The notes: a model not told the origin generated them from the sequence alone. A DNA stretch of 64,000 nucleotides from Dictyostelium discoideum (GCA_000004695.1 CM000153.2:3552001-3616000), one strand, 5' to 3'. Counted from the stretch's first letter, positions 1-11,685 are shown. Program-made: numbers and translations.

Positions 1-992
1 AAAAGATATAAAAATTTATTAAATCCATCTGAACTCAAACCTTCAGTTCATGCATTATTAAAATCACTTGATCCAATTTATAAGGTTACTCCAGAGGATT
101 TAAAATCTTTACCAATTTCAAATATTGATACTAGTAATGCTGTTATAATTGAAAAAGCATCAGAAATTGAAAATGGTGTTAAACTTTTATTAAATGGTAA
201 ATCTGTCGATCAAATAACTTTGGATGATGGTATTGTTTTAGGTTTTGATCTTGAATGGTCAGCTTTAGAAAGATATACAACTAAAACTAAAAAAGAAACA
301 AAAACTGCCCTCATTACATTAACAAATGGATGGTATGTATAATAATTAAAATTTTATATTATAATAAATAAACAATACTAATATTTTTAAAAATAATAAT
401 GATAATAAAAAATAATAGTGAAACTGTTTTATTTAGAGTGTGTCATACAGGTTTAGATGAAAATAGTGAATTAGGAAAATTATTAAAGAGTGGAGTTATT
501 ACAAAGACAGGTTTTGGTGCTGGTAAAGATGCAAATAAAATTTGTAAAGATTTTGGTTTTGAAGTATGTATTTTTATTATTTATTGGAGAAAAAAAAAAA
601 AAAAAAGATTATAATATATTAATGTATTATTATTTCCTCAAATGAAAATTTATAATTTTATTGAAATTGAAATTGGAATTTTTTTTTTTTTTTTTTATAA
701 TTAGGTAGATGGAATTTTTGATTTAAAATATACACCAAAGATTCTTGCATTATTCAAAAATAGAGCTGTTGAATATGTTACAGCTGGTTTATTTGGAGTA
801 AATATTAAAAGAAATTCAACTTTAATTTTATCAGCTTGGGGAACTTCACACCAATTAAAACCAAGACAAATTCATTCATCTGCATTATATACTATTTACA
901 GTCTAAAAACTTATTTCATGTTACCATCTTTAAAAGTTGATACAACTTTTATCGAAAAAGATACATTCATTCCATTTGCAAAACTTTATTAA
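1..992 (+). CDS. 3'-5' exonuclease (DnaQ-like, WRN-exo/EXD-type) domain protein, C-terminal part; 5' end lies outside the window. Exons about 1-332, 419-563 and 705-992, stop TAA 990-992.
   Basis: Frame 1 reads ...LDDGIVLGFDLEWSALERYTTKTKKETKTALITLTNG from base 1, containing the Exo I motif GFDxEW followed by a hydrophobic ALIxL segment as in WRN-exo/EXD2. A gtatgt donor at 333 and aatag acceptor at 417-418 split a codon (TG|T) and continue ETVLFRVCHTGLDENSELGKLLKSGVITKTGFGAGKDANKICKDFGFE. A gtatgt donor at 564 and ttag acceptor at 703-704 then give VDGIFDLKYTPKILALFKNRAVEYVTAGLFGVNIKRNSTLILSAWGTSHQLKPRQIHSSALYTIYSL...FAKLY*. ORF-track entry 399..614 is exon 2 read into intron 2. Confidence 0.55.
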
Positions 993-1332
993 AAAAAATA
1001 AAATAAAATAAAATTAAAAAATAAAAAATAAAAAATAAAAATAAATACAAATAAAAAGAGAAATAATTATAATTATTTTTTTTTTTTGAAAGTGTGTTGT
1101 ATTAAAAAAAAAAAAAAAAAAAAAAAGTAGTAGTGGGGTATTATTCATTTCAATTACTTTTTATTAAAAAATCAAACAATGAATAAGAAATTCAATTTTA
1201 TTTTTATTTTTATTTATTTTTATTTTTTTATTTTTATACACATTTATTTTTATTATTAAAAATCTAACGTATTAATTTATATATTTAAAAAAAAAAAAAA
1301 ACATATTTAATAATAAGATATTAAAAAAAATA

Positions 1333-2032
1333 ATGAAATTTATTATAATTTTAATTTTTATATATTTTATTAATAATATTAATGGATCTGTAATTAGGTT
1401 ATTAACATTTAATAATGATCAATGTGGTGGTGAACCATATAATATTATAACTAAAAATATATGTTCTTCTAAAGGTTGTTTTAAAATATCACCAGATAAA
1501 AAAATAATTTATGGTATGAGTTTAACATCAAATGAAAGAATAGTTTCAGGAAATAATATTGGAGAATGTATTAAATTTGATAATTCATCATCGCTAATTG
1601 AATATCAAGAAACCAATAATTTATATTCATTTGAAGGTTATTGTAATGAAATTATCACAGATTCATCAACAACTACAAATAATAATAATAATGAAAATAT
1701 TGAAGATTACAGTTGATTCATTAAAAGGTGAATATTGTGGATTTAATTCATCATCAAGCCAAGATTCAAATTATTTCTATTTTAAGAAATCATGTAATTT
1801 AGAAAATGGTATTATTACTCTATCAAATTGTAAATCATGTTTATCTGGTGACAAAAATTGTAAAATTATTCAAACAATTCAAACAAAAACTCAAACAACT
1901 TGCACATCAATTATATCATCTAAAAAATATACTTATCATAATATTTTTGATAATAATTCAAATATTTTAAATAATAATTTTAATTTTTTAACATTTTTAT
2001 TATTGTTAGTAATAATTTCTTTAATTATTTAA
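1333..2032 (+). CDS. Small secreted cysteine-containing protein with hydrophobic C-terminus (GPI-anchor-like; possibly ponticulin-like). Two ORF-track ORFs (1333..1716 and 1598..2032) joined either by a putative 76-nt intron (about 1637-1712, gttatt...acag) or by a frameshift.
   Basis: N-terminal signal peptide MKFIIILIFIYFINNINGS, then conserved Cys spacing (CGGEPY...C..KGC...C). The second frame continues VDSLKGEYCGF...CNLENGIITLSNCKSCLSGDKNCK...TCTSI and ends in a hydrophobic tail LTFLLLLVIISLII. Splicing 1636|1713 joins the two frames in phase (G|TT = Val). Confidence 0.45.
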
Positions 2033-2120
2033 TACTTTTAAAATAAAAAATAAAAATAATTCTAAAAACATTTAATTTTTTTTTTTTTTATTATTATTTA
2101 TTTATTTTTTTTTTTTTAAT

Positions 2121-2260
2121 TTACAACTCTAATTATACTAACAACGGGTTGATTAAGTACTTTTCTAATTGGACCACTTGCTGAAAAGAAAGAGAAAAAC
2201 ATTGAACAAATGAAAACTATTATAATTAATTGCCATGGTAAAGTCATTGGAATTGGTAAC
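2121..2260 (-). pseudogene. Truncated duplicate of the 3'-terminal coding segment of the FtsX-like permease gene at 2545-6120 (a gene-end fragment with no upstream exon).
   Basis: About 95% nucleotide identity to 2550-2690. On the minus strand it would encode ...GPIRKVLNQPVVSI..VV.* but the similarity stops abruptly at 2260. Confidence 0.5.
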
Positions 2261-2335
2261 AAATTAAAATTTTTCTTTTTATGGGATTTTTGGGTTTAAT
2301 AAAAAATTAAATTAATAAAAAAAAAATTAAAACTA

Positions 2336-2450
2336 AAACTCAAACGATTTGTGCATCAACTATATCATCTAAAAATATACTTATCATAATATTTTTGATA
2401 ATAATTCAAATAATTTAAATAATAATTTTAATTATTTAACATTTTAACAA
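2336..2450 (+). pseudogene. Duplicated 3' fragment of the secreted-protein gene 1333-2032, frameshifted and without a start.
   Basis: Matches 1885-2010 (codons ...TKTQTTCTSIISSKKYTYHNIFDNNSN...) with a single-base deletion in the aaaaaatat run. Confidence 0.45.
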
Positions 2451-2544
2451 ATAAAAATTTTAAATTTTAAAAATAATTATTCTAATATTTTAATTTAAAT
2501 TATTATTATTATTATTTTTTTATTTATTTATTTATTTTATTTTT

Positions 2545-4771
2545 TTAAGTTACAACTCTCATTATACTAACAACGGGTTGATTAAGTACTTTTCTAATTG
2601 GTCCAAAAGCTGAAAAGAAAGAGAAAAACATTGAACAAATGAAAACTATTATAATTAATTGCCAAGGTAAAGTCATTGGAATTGGTAACATTGTAAATAA
2701 TTGTCTTTGAAGGATCATTGTGAAACCAACAGTTGAACCAATAAACATACCCAACATTGAGGAAGCCATAACCAATACGAAAGCTTCATAGACGTAAATT
2801 CTAATCATCCAAGATTTTGGTATTCCCAATGCACATAAAACACCAATTTCTTTAGTTTGTTCTAAAATATTTGAATATACAGAAGACATTAAAGAGAAGA
2901 AAGAGATGGTCATTGCTAAAACTGTAGTAAAACTGAAAAAGTATTGAATGATCACAGAGGCCGTTGCAAAAGGTTTAATCTTTTCATAGTAATCCAACAT
3001 ATCGAAATCCTCTCTAAGATTACCAATTAAAAAGCTATTTAAACGATTCTTTATTGATTCTACAGCATCTTTATCATCAGTATTCAATTTCAAAATCACT
3101 TGATTCATTGGAATTTCACGTACTGATGAGAAGATACTACTTGCATACGAGAGATAAGTTGGAAATGATACGATTGAATCTTGATTTGTAACTGATGGGA
3201 ATTTAGAGAATTTAAAAGATGGTGCGCTATCTAACATTGCCGATGGTTTAACTAAGTGTCTAGTGGAATTAACTGATGAAGCTTCACCAGATTTAATATT
3301 TAATTGTAATAGGAATGATTGATCAATTGAAGCACCAATAACATCGGTATACAATGAACCAATGATTATCTTTTGACCACTAGTAAATGAATAGATTTGC
3401 TCGGAAAGATATTGAATATCATTCAAACTATAATCAGGATCAGGAGCGATTGAGCTTGCCTTTAAGAATCCAGGTAAAGTAGTAGCGAATAAGTTTGGAG
3501 AAATCGCATACATATTGGTGCCATCACTATAGATATGACCAATGTTTGTAATTTGAGATTGTTGATATTGTTTAGTCATAATTGAGAAAGATGAAGACTC
3601 CCAAGCGTAATCTTCAATCTCTGGTTGATATTGTGAGAGGAATTGATCGATTAACAAAGTTGACTCTGGTTGAAAGAATGGTTCACTACTTTTCACACTT
3701 AGATAACTACCATAGCTTTGTTGAACTTGATAATTCATTGATGCCTGTTGCATAGAGTATGAAACATTGACAAAGATAATGAATGCCAATGAAACTGCAT
3801 ACATGATAGCGGTCTTTCTATTTCTAAGTTTATGAGCTATTAAATTCTTTATAACCAATGATTTGATAGCACGTTTCTCCCAAAAGAAGAATAGATTAAC
3901 TACAGCCCTCTCTAGAATCTGTTCAACATTTAATGCTAAACTAACCAACCCCAATAACATTGCAATCAACAACATGAAGAACATATTTAAAAGTAGTGTC
4001 AAATTGAATGAAAGCAACGACAATGGGAACACATAATAAATTCCAAAGCCAAACACAGACAACAATGAGCCAATCAATGCAACCGATGATGAGAAACTGT
4101 TATCTTCACTACGTTCAATTGAGATTTGTACAGCGGCAGTCTTTGAATGTTTCACATCTAAAGAGTCATGTAAATTCTTACCCAATGCATTACGAATTGG
4201 AAAGATTGCCGACGCTATTGGAATTATAATACCCAATGCCGATGCTAACAATATGGCTTCACCTGTTAATTTTGGTGGAATTGGTACGCCAGTAATTGAT
4301 TTGAAAATAGCAGAAACAATGAATCCAAATACTTGAGCAATTAATAAACCTAAACCCCAAGATGGTACACTATAGGAGAATGCTTTGAATAGCATCAATT
4401 GAATAATACCATTTCTTGTTGTACCAATCATTCTCATTACACCCATTTCAAAGGTTCTAGTCTCTACATCAATCATCAACAATGAATAAATCAATAGAAT
4501 CGATAAAAACAATAGAATGAATATGATTACATTCAAAATCAAACCTAAAAATAATGCTACATATCTATTCTTTGAAAGTTCACTCATCACTGGTAATTCT
4601 GATGAAAGTTCATTAAATCCAACTTTATATAAAATTTTATTTGAAAAATCTACAATCTTTTCTAAAATTACATCTTGATTTGAATTAATATATGGTGTTA
4701 ATCTTGATGGTGGTAAATTTATAATAACTTGTTTTGAATAATCATAAAAATTAATTTTTGAAATATAACTT

Positions 4772-4810
<39 letters not shown>

Positions 4811-5996
4811 AAAAATTAATATATATATATATAATTTTTCCCCGATTTTTTTTTAAAAAAAAAAAAAAACAATATTAAATAAACTTACTTTTTTGAATTA
4901 TAATTCATTTCTGGATCAAATTGTGTAATTAAAAATGGTAAAAATGTTGAATATTCAATGATTATGGAAGAACTTTGATCGGATGGGAACTTACCTTCAG
5001 AAGAAGAGAAAGTATCAGCAACAGTTGCTGTTGCATAAATTACGGGTATGGTTGAAGAGGTGATATTGGCATGAGTCCAAATTGATGATAGAAATGATCT
5101 AGTTGGAATACGAATGAATATTGTATCACCCTTTGAAATTGATAATTTATTTGCTAAATTCTCTTGAACGTAAACTGTACCCTGTGGTGGAGCATCCAAT
5201 TTCCAATCACGACCTAATCCCATCCTCTTTTCACGTGCAGTATCAATCACAAACATCGATGCTTTACTTGCTACTGAATTACTACAAACTGATTCGAAAC
5301 AGTATGGTTCACATTGATTTGGCTCATCATGATATTTCCAAAGATTATCATTTGGATTTGTGTTACCGTTTGGACACGACTTTGCACTAACCACACTAAC
5401 AGTCCCATCGACTCTTGGTGAATGGTAACTATCATCTACTTCTTCTAATTCATATTGATTATTATTATTATTATCATCAAAATAACTTCCATTTGGTTCT
5501 TTATATGTACCAGCTAATAACTCTGATAACATTGTATAATTTAATTGATCTGATAATGTCCATGAACCAGGTGTCAACACCATATCCATTTCACCAACAC
5601 TTGCTTCTGACAAACTTAGGAATACCACTGGTGTGTTGGTGATGATGGAAACACATAGTGACACTATAAACACTACCAAGAAGCATGCGGAAAATCCTAA
5701 CAAATAGGATAACTTATTACGTAGATTGATTCTTAATGTATGTGAAAAGAAATGTTTCCAATGGTAGAGTAATGTTCTAAACCAATTCACTATCTTCACT
5801 TTTACTGTATCACCATTTATTGCATTTGATATACCCTTGAATTTACCATAAGGTTTACTTGATATTTTCTTCTTAATTTTACCATTGTCATCATAATTAT
5901 CTTTATTTTTTAAAAATGTTTGTTCTTCTGAATTTTCTATAAATTCATCAAAACTATCGCTACTACTACTACTACCATTACTTTTATTTATTTTTA

Positions 5997-6036
<40 letters not shown>

Positions 6037-6120
6037 ATCTCTTGATTTTATAAAATCATCATCTTCTTCATCATCATTATTATTTATAGATTGATATTTA
6101 TTATTCCTTTTATTTGTCAT
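2545..6120 (-). CDS. MacB/FtsX-type permease-like polytopic membrane protein with two FtsX (DUF214) modules and no ABC ATPase domain; about 1100 aa. This is a divergent member of the tandem family, called here the second-half ABC-transporter permease-like protein. Exons about 6120-4889 and 4768-2545, with an intron about 4888-4769 (gtaagt...ag) that splits a codon (AA|G).
   Basis: The ORF-track pieces 4885..6120 and 2545..4590 are on the same strand. The upstream piece ends at a GTAAGT donor and the downstream exon actually starts at 4768 (KYISKINFYDYSKQVIINLPPSRL...VMSELSK...). The first module reads RNKLSYLLGFSACFLVVFIVSLCVSIITN followed by a large extracytoplasmic domain and then LLIYSLLMIDVETRTFEMGVMRMIGTTRNGIIQLMLFKAFSYSVPSWGLGLLIAQVFGFIVSAIF, a classical FtsX TM2-4 signature. 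The second module ends EQTKEIGVLCALGIPKSWMIRIYVYEAFVLVMASSMLGMFIGSTVGF...GPIRKVLNQPVVSIMRVVT*. Confidence 0.7.
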
Positions 6121-6717
6121 TATTTTTTGGTTTCTATTTTTTTGTTTCTTTTTTTAATAGTAATATATATACATATATAAAACTATTTTTTATTGTTTAT
6201 TTTAATCTTTTTTTATTTTTTTTAGGATTTTTGAAAAAATTTAAAAAAAAAAAAAAAAAAATTTAAAGATTATGTCAGTGAAATTTTGGTGGTGTTATTT
6301 GTATTTAATTAAAAAATTTGTGTGGTATAAATTCTGGAAAAAAAAAAAAAAAAATTAAAATAAAATTTAAAAAAATAATAATAAAAAAAAAAAAAAAAAC
6401 TAATAATATAAATGGGGTATATTAATAATTGTAACACTTTCAGATATGTAAAAAGTAATAACACTGAAAAAAAAAAAAAAAAAAAAAAAAATTAGGAAAA
6501 ATAAATTGAAAACTTAAAAAAAAAAAATAAAAAATAAAAAAATAAAAAAATAAAAAAAAATCTTTTAATTTTTTTAATTGTAACCATGATCCAATAATCT
6601 CTAAATTTTTTTTTTTTTTTTTTTTTTTTTGGTATCGTTTTCTAATTATTTGTTTTAGATGACCACCTGTCATTTCCTTCAGATTGCAATCAATAATTAA
6701 AATCAGATTATTAAAAA

Positions 6718-6786
6718 AAAAAAAATAAATAATATAAAATAAAATAAAATAAAATAAAATAAAATAAAATAAAATAAAATAAAATA
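6718..6786. repeat. (AAAAT)n microsatellite, about 13 units.
   Basis: aaaataaaataaaataaaat... read directly. Confidence 0.9.
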
Positions 6787-7538
6787 AAAACATCAAAAAA
6801 TAAAACTGAAAATAATTAAAATATTTTTTATATTTTTTTTTTTTTTTTTTTTATAAAATTGATAAACAATTTAATTAACAAACAATTTTTTTTTTTTTTA
6901 TTCACTTACAATTTTATTTTTGCACACCACTTTTTCTTTTTATTTTGGCCTAAAATTATAAAAAAAATATCTTTTTTAAAAAAGATTTTTACATTTTTTT
7001 TTTTATTTTTTTTTTCTTTTTTTTCTTTTTATTTTTTTATTTTTAATTTTTTTTTTTTCAATTCATTTCATTTCCATTATTTCTTTAAACTTATTTTTTT
7101 TTTAATATAACCCTTTTTATTAAATATTTGTAAACAATGAATCAATTAGGTATGTTTTAAGACTTTTATTTTTTTATTTATTTTTATTTTTATTTTTTTT
7201 TATTATCATTATTTTCTTTAAAATATTACTAACCATAAATTTATTTCTATAGGATCCGGACCAACAAAACAAGGAGTTGCAACAAATACAGGTTCAACTG
7301 GAACTACTAAAAATAATAGCAACCTTAGTGGAAAAGGTTGGGTTCTTTAGGTTTTTTGATGATCTTTTCTTTATTGTGAAATTACTTACCATCATCAATT
7401 TTTGTTGATTGATCAAAAAAAAAAAAAAAAAAAAAAAAAGTATGCAAATTACTTTTATAAATATATTTTTAGAATATTTCAAGTTTTCTAATCAAAACAT
7501 AGTTTTTTTTTTTTTGTATTTTAGAATTAATGTATAGA

Positions 7539-7593
<55 letters not shown>

Positions 7594-7920
7594 CCAATAA
7601 ATAACAGAACATTTCTAATTCATTATTGAAAAAAATATAAAAAAAGTAATCAAATGAATATAATATAAGGTATAATTTTAATATTAGTTTTAATCTTAAA
7701 TTTTTTTTTTTTCCAATTAATATTCACAATCAAATTTATATTTAAAAAATAAAAACAGTAAATTTGGAAACAAATCAAAAGAAATAAATTTGTTTTTTGT
7801 TTTTTTTTTAAATAGTTTTATTTTAAATAATAAAAATAATAAAATAAAAAAAAAGTAATAATTAAATCTTTCAGTTCTTTTATTTTACTTTTTATTTTAC
7901 TTTTTTTTTTTTAAAAAAAA

Positions 7921-10900
7921 TTAATCTTTTAAAACTGTTATGATTGATTGTTTTAATAAATGTCTAATTGGAGAAATTACAGAAATGATTGAGACAATTA
8001 AAGATGAAATAAAGAGTATAGGAATTAATTCCCATTGAATTGAAAATGGTATAATTTGTTGATCCATCATTGATTGTTTTAATAGAATAATATAGCTAAT
8101 GAAAAGACCAATAATAATACCAATTATACAACTACCAAATGAAAGTGTAAAAGCTTCGATAATATAGATTTTATAGATTTTAAAATTTGATAAACCAATT
8201 GATCTTAGAATACCAATTTCTTTTGATTGATTTTTAATACTTGTAAACATTGATGAAATTAATGAAAATGATGATATTATTATAGAGATTACTGTTGCGA
8301 AATCAAACAATAATGAATTTAATTTATCTGAACTGTTTGATGAATCTTTATATCTAATTATATATGGACTTTCAGAGTTTTTATTAAATAAACAATTTTT
8401 TGAAATTTTATATTGTAAAGAATCGATTTTATCGTCATCTAATGATTTTGGTTTAATTAAAATTAAATTAACTGGTATATTCCTAACTGAATCAATATTA
8501 CCACCTGATAATCCGACATATGCTGGAAAAGAAGTAATTACACTTTGAGTAAGATCTTCATCCGGAATTTCAGATACACTAAATGTACCTGCAGTTTTTA
8601 AATATGCTAATGGTTTCACTATATTTCTACCCATCCAGTTGAATGTTACATTATGTTTTTGACTTCGACCTGATGAATAATCTATTCTTCTATAGTTATT
8701 AATTTCAATATAATTTGATAATATAAATTCATCTGGTCCACCTTTTTCATCAAGATACATTAATTTCTTTTGAGATTGAGTTAATATTAATTTATTCATT
8801 GAATCTTTGCTATATAAAATCGTTGATAAATCAGTCATATCACCATTTTGATTAAAATCAACATCTTTATCAGTTTTTAAATTTTTTGAAACTGATGAAA
8901 CTTGAAAATAATCTTCCATTATTTCACTGAAATAAGTTGGGCCAACTGCATGTAATGATGATTTTAATGTTACACTTCTAGCAAAATCAGAAACATATGA
9001 TTTCTTATCATCGGGTTGAGAAAATTCACTAAATTTCATTGATCTTAATGAATAACTATCTAATTCATCATTATTTTCATCATCTAATATACGATCTAAA
9101 CATAGAGTTATATTTGATAAATCTTCTCTGGTGATAAAGGAACCAGTTTCAATCTTTAAAAGTGAACCAAACGATTGTTTCTCATTAGCATTTGCAGTTT
9201 CAACTTGAATTAAATATAAACAATTAATTATAATTATTAAAGATACTGAAACACCAAACATAAACATTGTACTTTTATTCTTTTTCTTGTGAGAAATTAA
9301 ATTTTTATATAAAATTATTCTGATTATATTTTTTGCAAAAGGATCTATTAAAGTAATAATGTAAACTAATGTTTTTGAAATGATTAAATGGAAATTCATC
9401 ATTAAGAAAATTGCTGATATTAAAACTAAAATTAACAATCCAAATAATAATGCTAATAATGAACTAAAATTACCAGATAATAATAATTTTGGTAATAAAA
9501 TACAACCAACTATACCTAAAGCGCTTAATGACAAACCAATCCATGATAAATACTTTCTATATTCTGAATCAGTTGAATCTTTATCAATTGTTGTAATTTG
9601 ATGTGATGATGATATATTTGATCTACTAGTATCCAATTGCTCACCTAATGAAAAACTTAATGCTTTTCTAATTGGTAATATCAATGATACCATTGGTATT
9701 AGAAAACCAAGTAAAATTGAATAAACAATTGAATCTACTGTTAAATAATTTGAAATTTCATCTGAATTTGTAAAACGTTTTAATTGATCTATAATTATAA
9801 ATAAAAAGATTTGAGAAATTATTAAACCTAATATAATTGATGGGACTGTGAATATTATTGTTTTTGAAACTATTAGCTCGATGATGAAACTAAATTTAGC
9901 ACCTAACATTCTAAATACACCGTTATTAAATGTCATTGAATCCACATCAATCATTAATGTTGTATAAATTAAAAGAATTGATAATAAAAGGAATACAAAA
10001 ACTATTAAATTTAATAATTGACCTAAATTACTTGAAACTTCGTTACTCTTGTATAATTCAGTCATTATTGGTGTTGAAATATCAACTCTACCAACACCAA
10101 TTTTGTAAACTAATTTCGAGGCAACTTTATTTACTCTTTGTAAAGTTTTATCTAAATCTGTACCATAATACATTGGCAATCTGGGGGATGGAAATTTCAT
10201 AACTATATTTTCAACATATTCTTTTATATTTTTATTTTTCATTAAATCTACATTCCATGTTGGATTTACTTGTTCAACCATTGAATCATAGAATGAGTCA
10301 ATATCTATTAAAACTGATGGTATTATCTCACCCAATTCGAAACCTAGTTCAAATGGATTCTCTGTATTATTGAAAAATCCATTAACTTTTAATTTTGTTA
10401 TTATATATGGTGATTTTTCAATTTGAGTTGTTGAAATCATTGAATCTGTTAATAATGTTGATAATAATCTAACTGCTGGTACTATTATAAAAATTTCATC
10501 ACCAACATTTGCATGGATTGATTGAGCAAGTGATTCTATAATTAAACATGTTCCTTTTGGTTGTGATCCATAACCAAATGTTGATTTTATACCCATATCA
10601 TTCTCTTTTTTAAAATCTAGTAATTGGAAACCCATAAATACATGATTTCCTTCACCACTACATCTATTAATAAAACAAGTGCTCTCTGTGCAATTTAAAC
10701 CACTCCCATTTGAAAAGTATCTTGATTCAATATTATCTTGTACAACTTTTTCACAATAACTTACTGGATATCCATATGTATCTATAAAATTAAATCTTGG
10801 TGAATTATTTTTAAAAAAACTATTTTTATTACTAATACCACTACCACTATATAATCCATGGGTATTCTTTTCATCAGCTCCAACTCTATTATCATCTTTT

Positions 10901-11643
10901 ATTTCTCTAGTTGTATCATTTAAAATTTGATCAAATAATGTATAATTTAATCTTATAGTAAAACCTTTTTCTAAATCTATTGAAAGTTGTTGTTTTCCTG
11001 ATATTATTAAATCTATATGATTAGCATCAGAATCTGCTTTACTTAAAAATATTAATGATATATTTGATAATACTGATAAACCAGTTGCAACTAAAATTAC
11101 TACTAAAAAACATGATATAAAACCAATACTATAATTCAATTTACTCCTTTTAATACCATTTATTGAATATTTAATTATTGAAAACCATTCTCCAATAGTT
11201 GTATTAAATCCAATATTTGTTAAATTTATTTGAATCTTTTTTAAAATAAATCCAAAATATTTTAAAAATTCTAAACTTCCAAAAATTAATATTATAAAAA
11301 ATTCCAAAAAAACAAAAATTCCTTCAATTATTATTTTAAGTTTATTGAAAAAATAATTCTCTTTTTTAATATTATTATTATTATTATTATTTATATTATC
11401 ATCATAATAATAAATATTGTCACCTTGACAATCATTTTCAAGTGATCCTTTTAAAATTGATAATTCAATTGGGTCACATTCACCAACACTCTCTCTCCAT
11501 TTATTATAAAATTTTTTATTAATTAAAATTGGATCATTCTCATTCCTATTATTTATAGAACTCTTTAAAATTGAACTATTTTCATTGATGATACTATAAT
11601 CACCATCATCATTATCATTCCCACTTGATTCATAATTATACAT
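7921..11643 (-). CDS. MacB/FtsX-type double-permease-like membrane protein, paralog A; 1240 aa, apparently a single exon.
   Basis: A full-length ORF. The first module, GIKRSKLNYSIGFISCFLVVILVATGLSVLSNISLIFLSKADSDANHIDLI, follows the MacB TM1 pattern (R.K..L..LGI.IGVA.V....G......S.I.S.G.N.I.I). It is followed by a ~400 aa Cys-containing extracytoplasmic domain and the FtsX core LLIYTTLMIDVDSMTFNNGVFRMLGAKFSFIIELIVSKTIIFTVPSIILGLIISQIF. The second module has a TM, a large domain and NQSKEIGILRSIGLSNFKIYKIYIIEAFTLSFGSCIIGIIIGLFISY. Confidence 0.8.
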   Translation of the reverse strand: MYNYESSGNDNDDGDYSIINENSSILKSSINNRNENDPILINKKFYNKWRESVGECDPIELSILKGSLENDCQGDNIYYYDDNINNNNNNNIKKENYFFNKLKIIIEGIFVFLEFFIILIFGSLEFLKYFGFILKKIQINLTNIGFNTTIGEWFSIIKYSINGIKRSKLNYSIGFISCFLVVILVATGLSVLSNISLIFLSKADSDANHIDLIISGKQQLSIDLEKGFTIRLNYTLFDQILNDTTREIKDDNRVGADEKNTHGLYSGSGISNKNSFFKNNSPRFNFIDTYGYPVSYCEKVVQDNIESRYFSNGSGLNCTESTCFINRCSGEGNHVFMGFQLLDFKKENDMGIKSTFGYGSQPKGTCLIIESLAQSIHANVGDEIFIIVPAVRLLSTLLTDSMISTTQIEKSPYIITKLKVNGFFNNTENPFELGFELGEIIPSVLIDIDSFYDSMVEQVNPTWNVDLMKNKNIKEYVENIVMKFPSPRLPMYYGTDLDKTLQRVNKVASKLVYKIGVGRVDISTPIMTELYKSNEVSSNLGQLLNLIVFVFLLLSILLIYTTLMIDVDSMTFNNGVFRMLGAKFSFIIELIVSKTIIFTVPSIILGLIISQIFLFIIIDQLKRFTNSDEISNYLTVDSIVYSILLGFLIPMVSLILPIRKALSFSLGEQLDTSRSNISSSHQITTIDKDSTDSEYRKYLSWIGLSLSALGIVGCILLPKLLLSGNFSSLLALLFGLLILVLISAIFLMMNFHLIISKTLVYIITLIDPFAKNIIRIILYKNLISHKKKNKSTMFMFGVSVSLIIIINCLYLIQVETANANEKQSFGSLLKIETGSFITREDLSNITLCLDRILDDENNDELDSYSLRSMKFSEFSQPDDKKSYVSDFARSVTLKSSLHAVGPTYFSEIMEDYFQVSSVSKNLKTDKDVDFNQNGDMTDLSTILYSKDSMNKLILTQSQKKLMYLDEKGGPDEFILSNYIEINNYRRIDYSSGRSQKHNVTFNWMGRNIVKPLAYLKTAGTFSVSEIPDEDLTQSVITSFPAYVGLSGGNIDSVRNIPVNLILIKPKSLDDDKIDSLQYKISKNCLFNKNSESPYIIRYKDSSNSSDKLNSLLFDFATVISIIISSFSLISSMFTSIKNQSKEIGILRSIGLSNFKIYKIYIIEAFTLSFGSCIIGIIIGLFISYIILLKQSMMDQQIIPFSIQWELIPILFISSLIVSIISVISPIRHLLKQSIITVLKD

Positions 11644-11651
11644 TTATCTGT

Positions 11652-11685
<34 letters not shown>

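Larger units (their letters stand above)
1871..2700. repeat. Tandem segmental duplication in two copies of about 430-450 bp (about 1880-2260 and 2336-2700). Each copy holds the last ~130 bp of the plus-strand secreted-protein gene plus the last ~150 bp (terminal coding part and stop) of the minus-strand permease gene.
   Basis: The string ttacaactctaattatactaacaacgggttgattaagtacttttctaattgg...gaaaagaaagagaaaaacattgaacaaatgaaaactattataattaattgccatggtaaagtcattggaattggtaaca at 2121-2260 is nearly identical to 2550-2690. The string aaactcaaacaacttgcacatcaattatatcatctaaaaaatatacttatcataatatttttgataataattcaaat at 1885-1965 is nearly identical to 2338-2420, with a 1-nt indel. Confidence 0.75.

Noticed and set aside
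399-614. ORF-track 71-aa ORF
   Set aside because: It is the second exon of the exonuclease-domain gene, read from within intron 1 through into intron 2, and is not an independent gene.
6440-7110. ORFs 6440..6796 (minus) and 6859..7110 (plus), both Phe/Leu/Ile-rich
   Set aside because: Translations of poly-T/poly-A and (AAAAT)n tracts in a long intergenic spacer. No coding signal.
9380-9601. Conserved 73-aa plus-strand ORF MIKWKFIIKKIADIKTKINNP..., also present at 14201..14422 and 18727..18948
   Set aside because: It lies antisense to the permease coding sequence and is conserved only because the sense strand is. It is Asn/Ile-rich, as expected from an antisense reading of AT-rich coding DNA.
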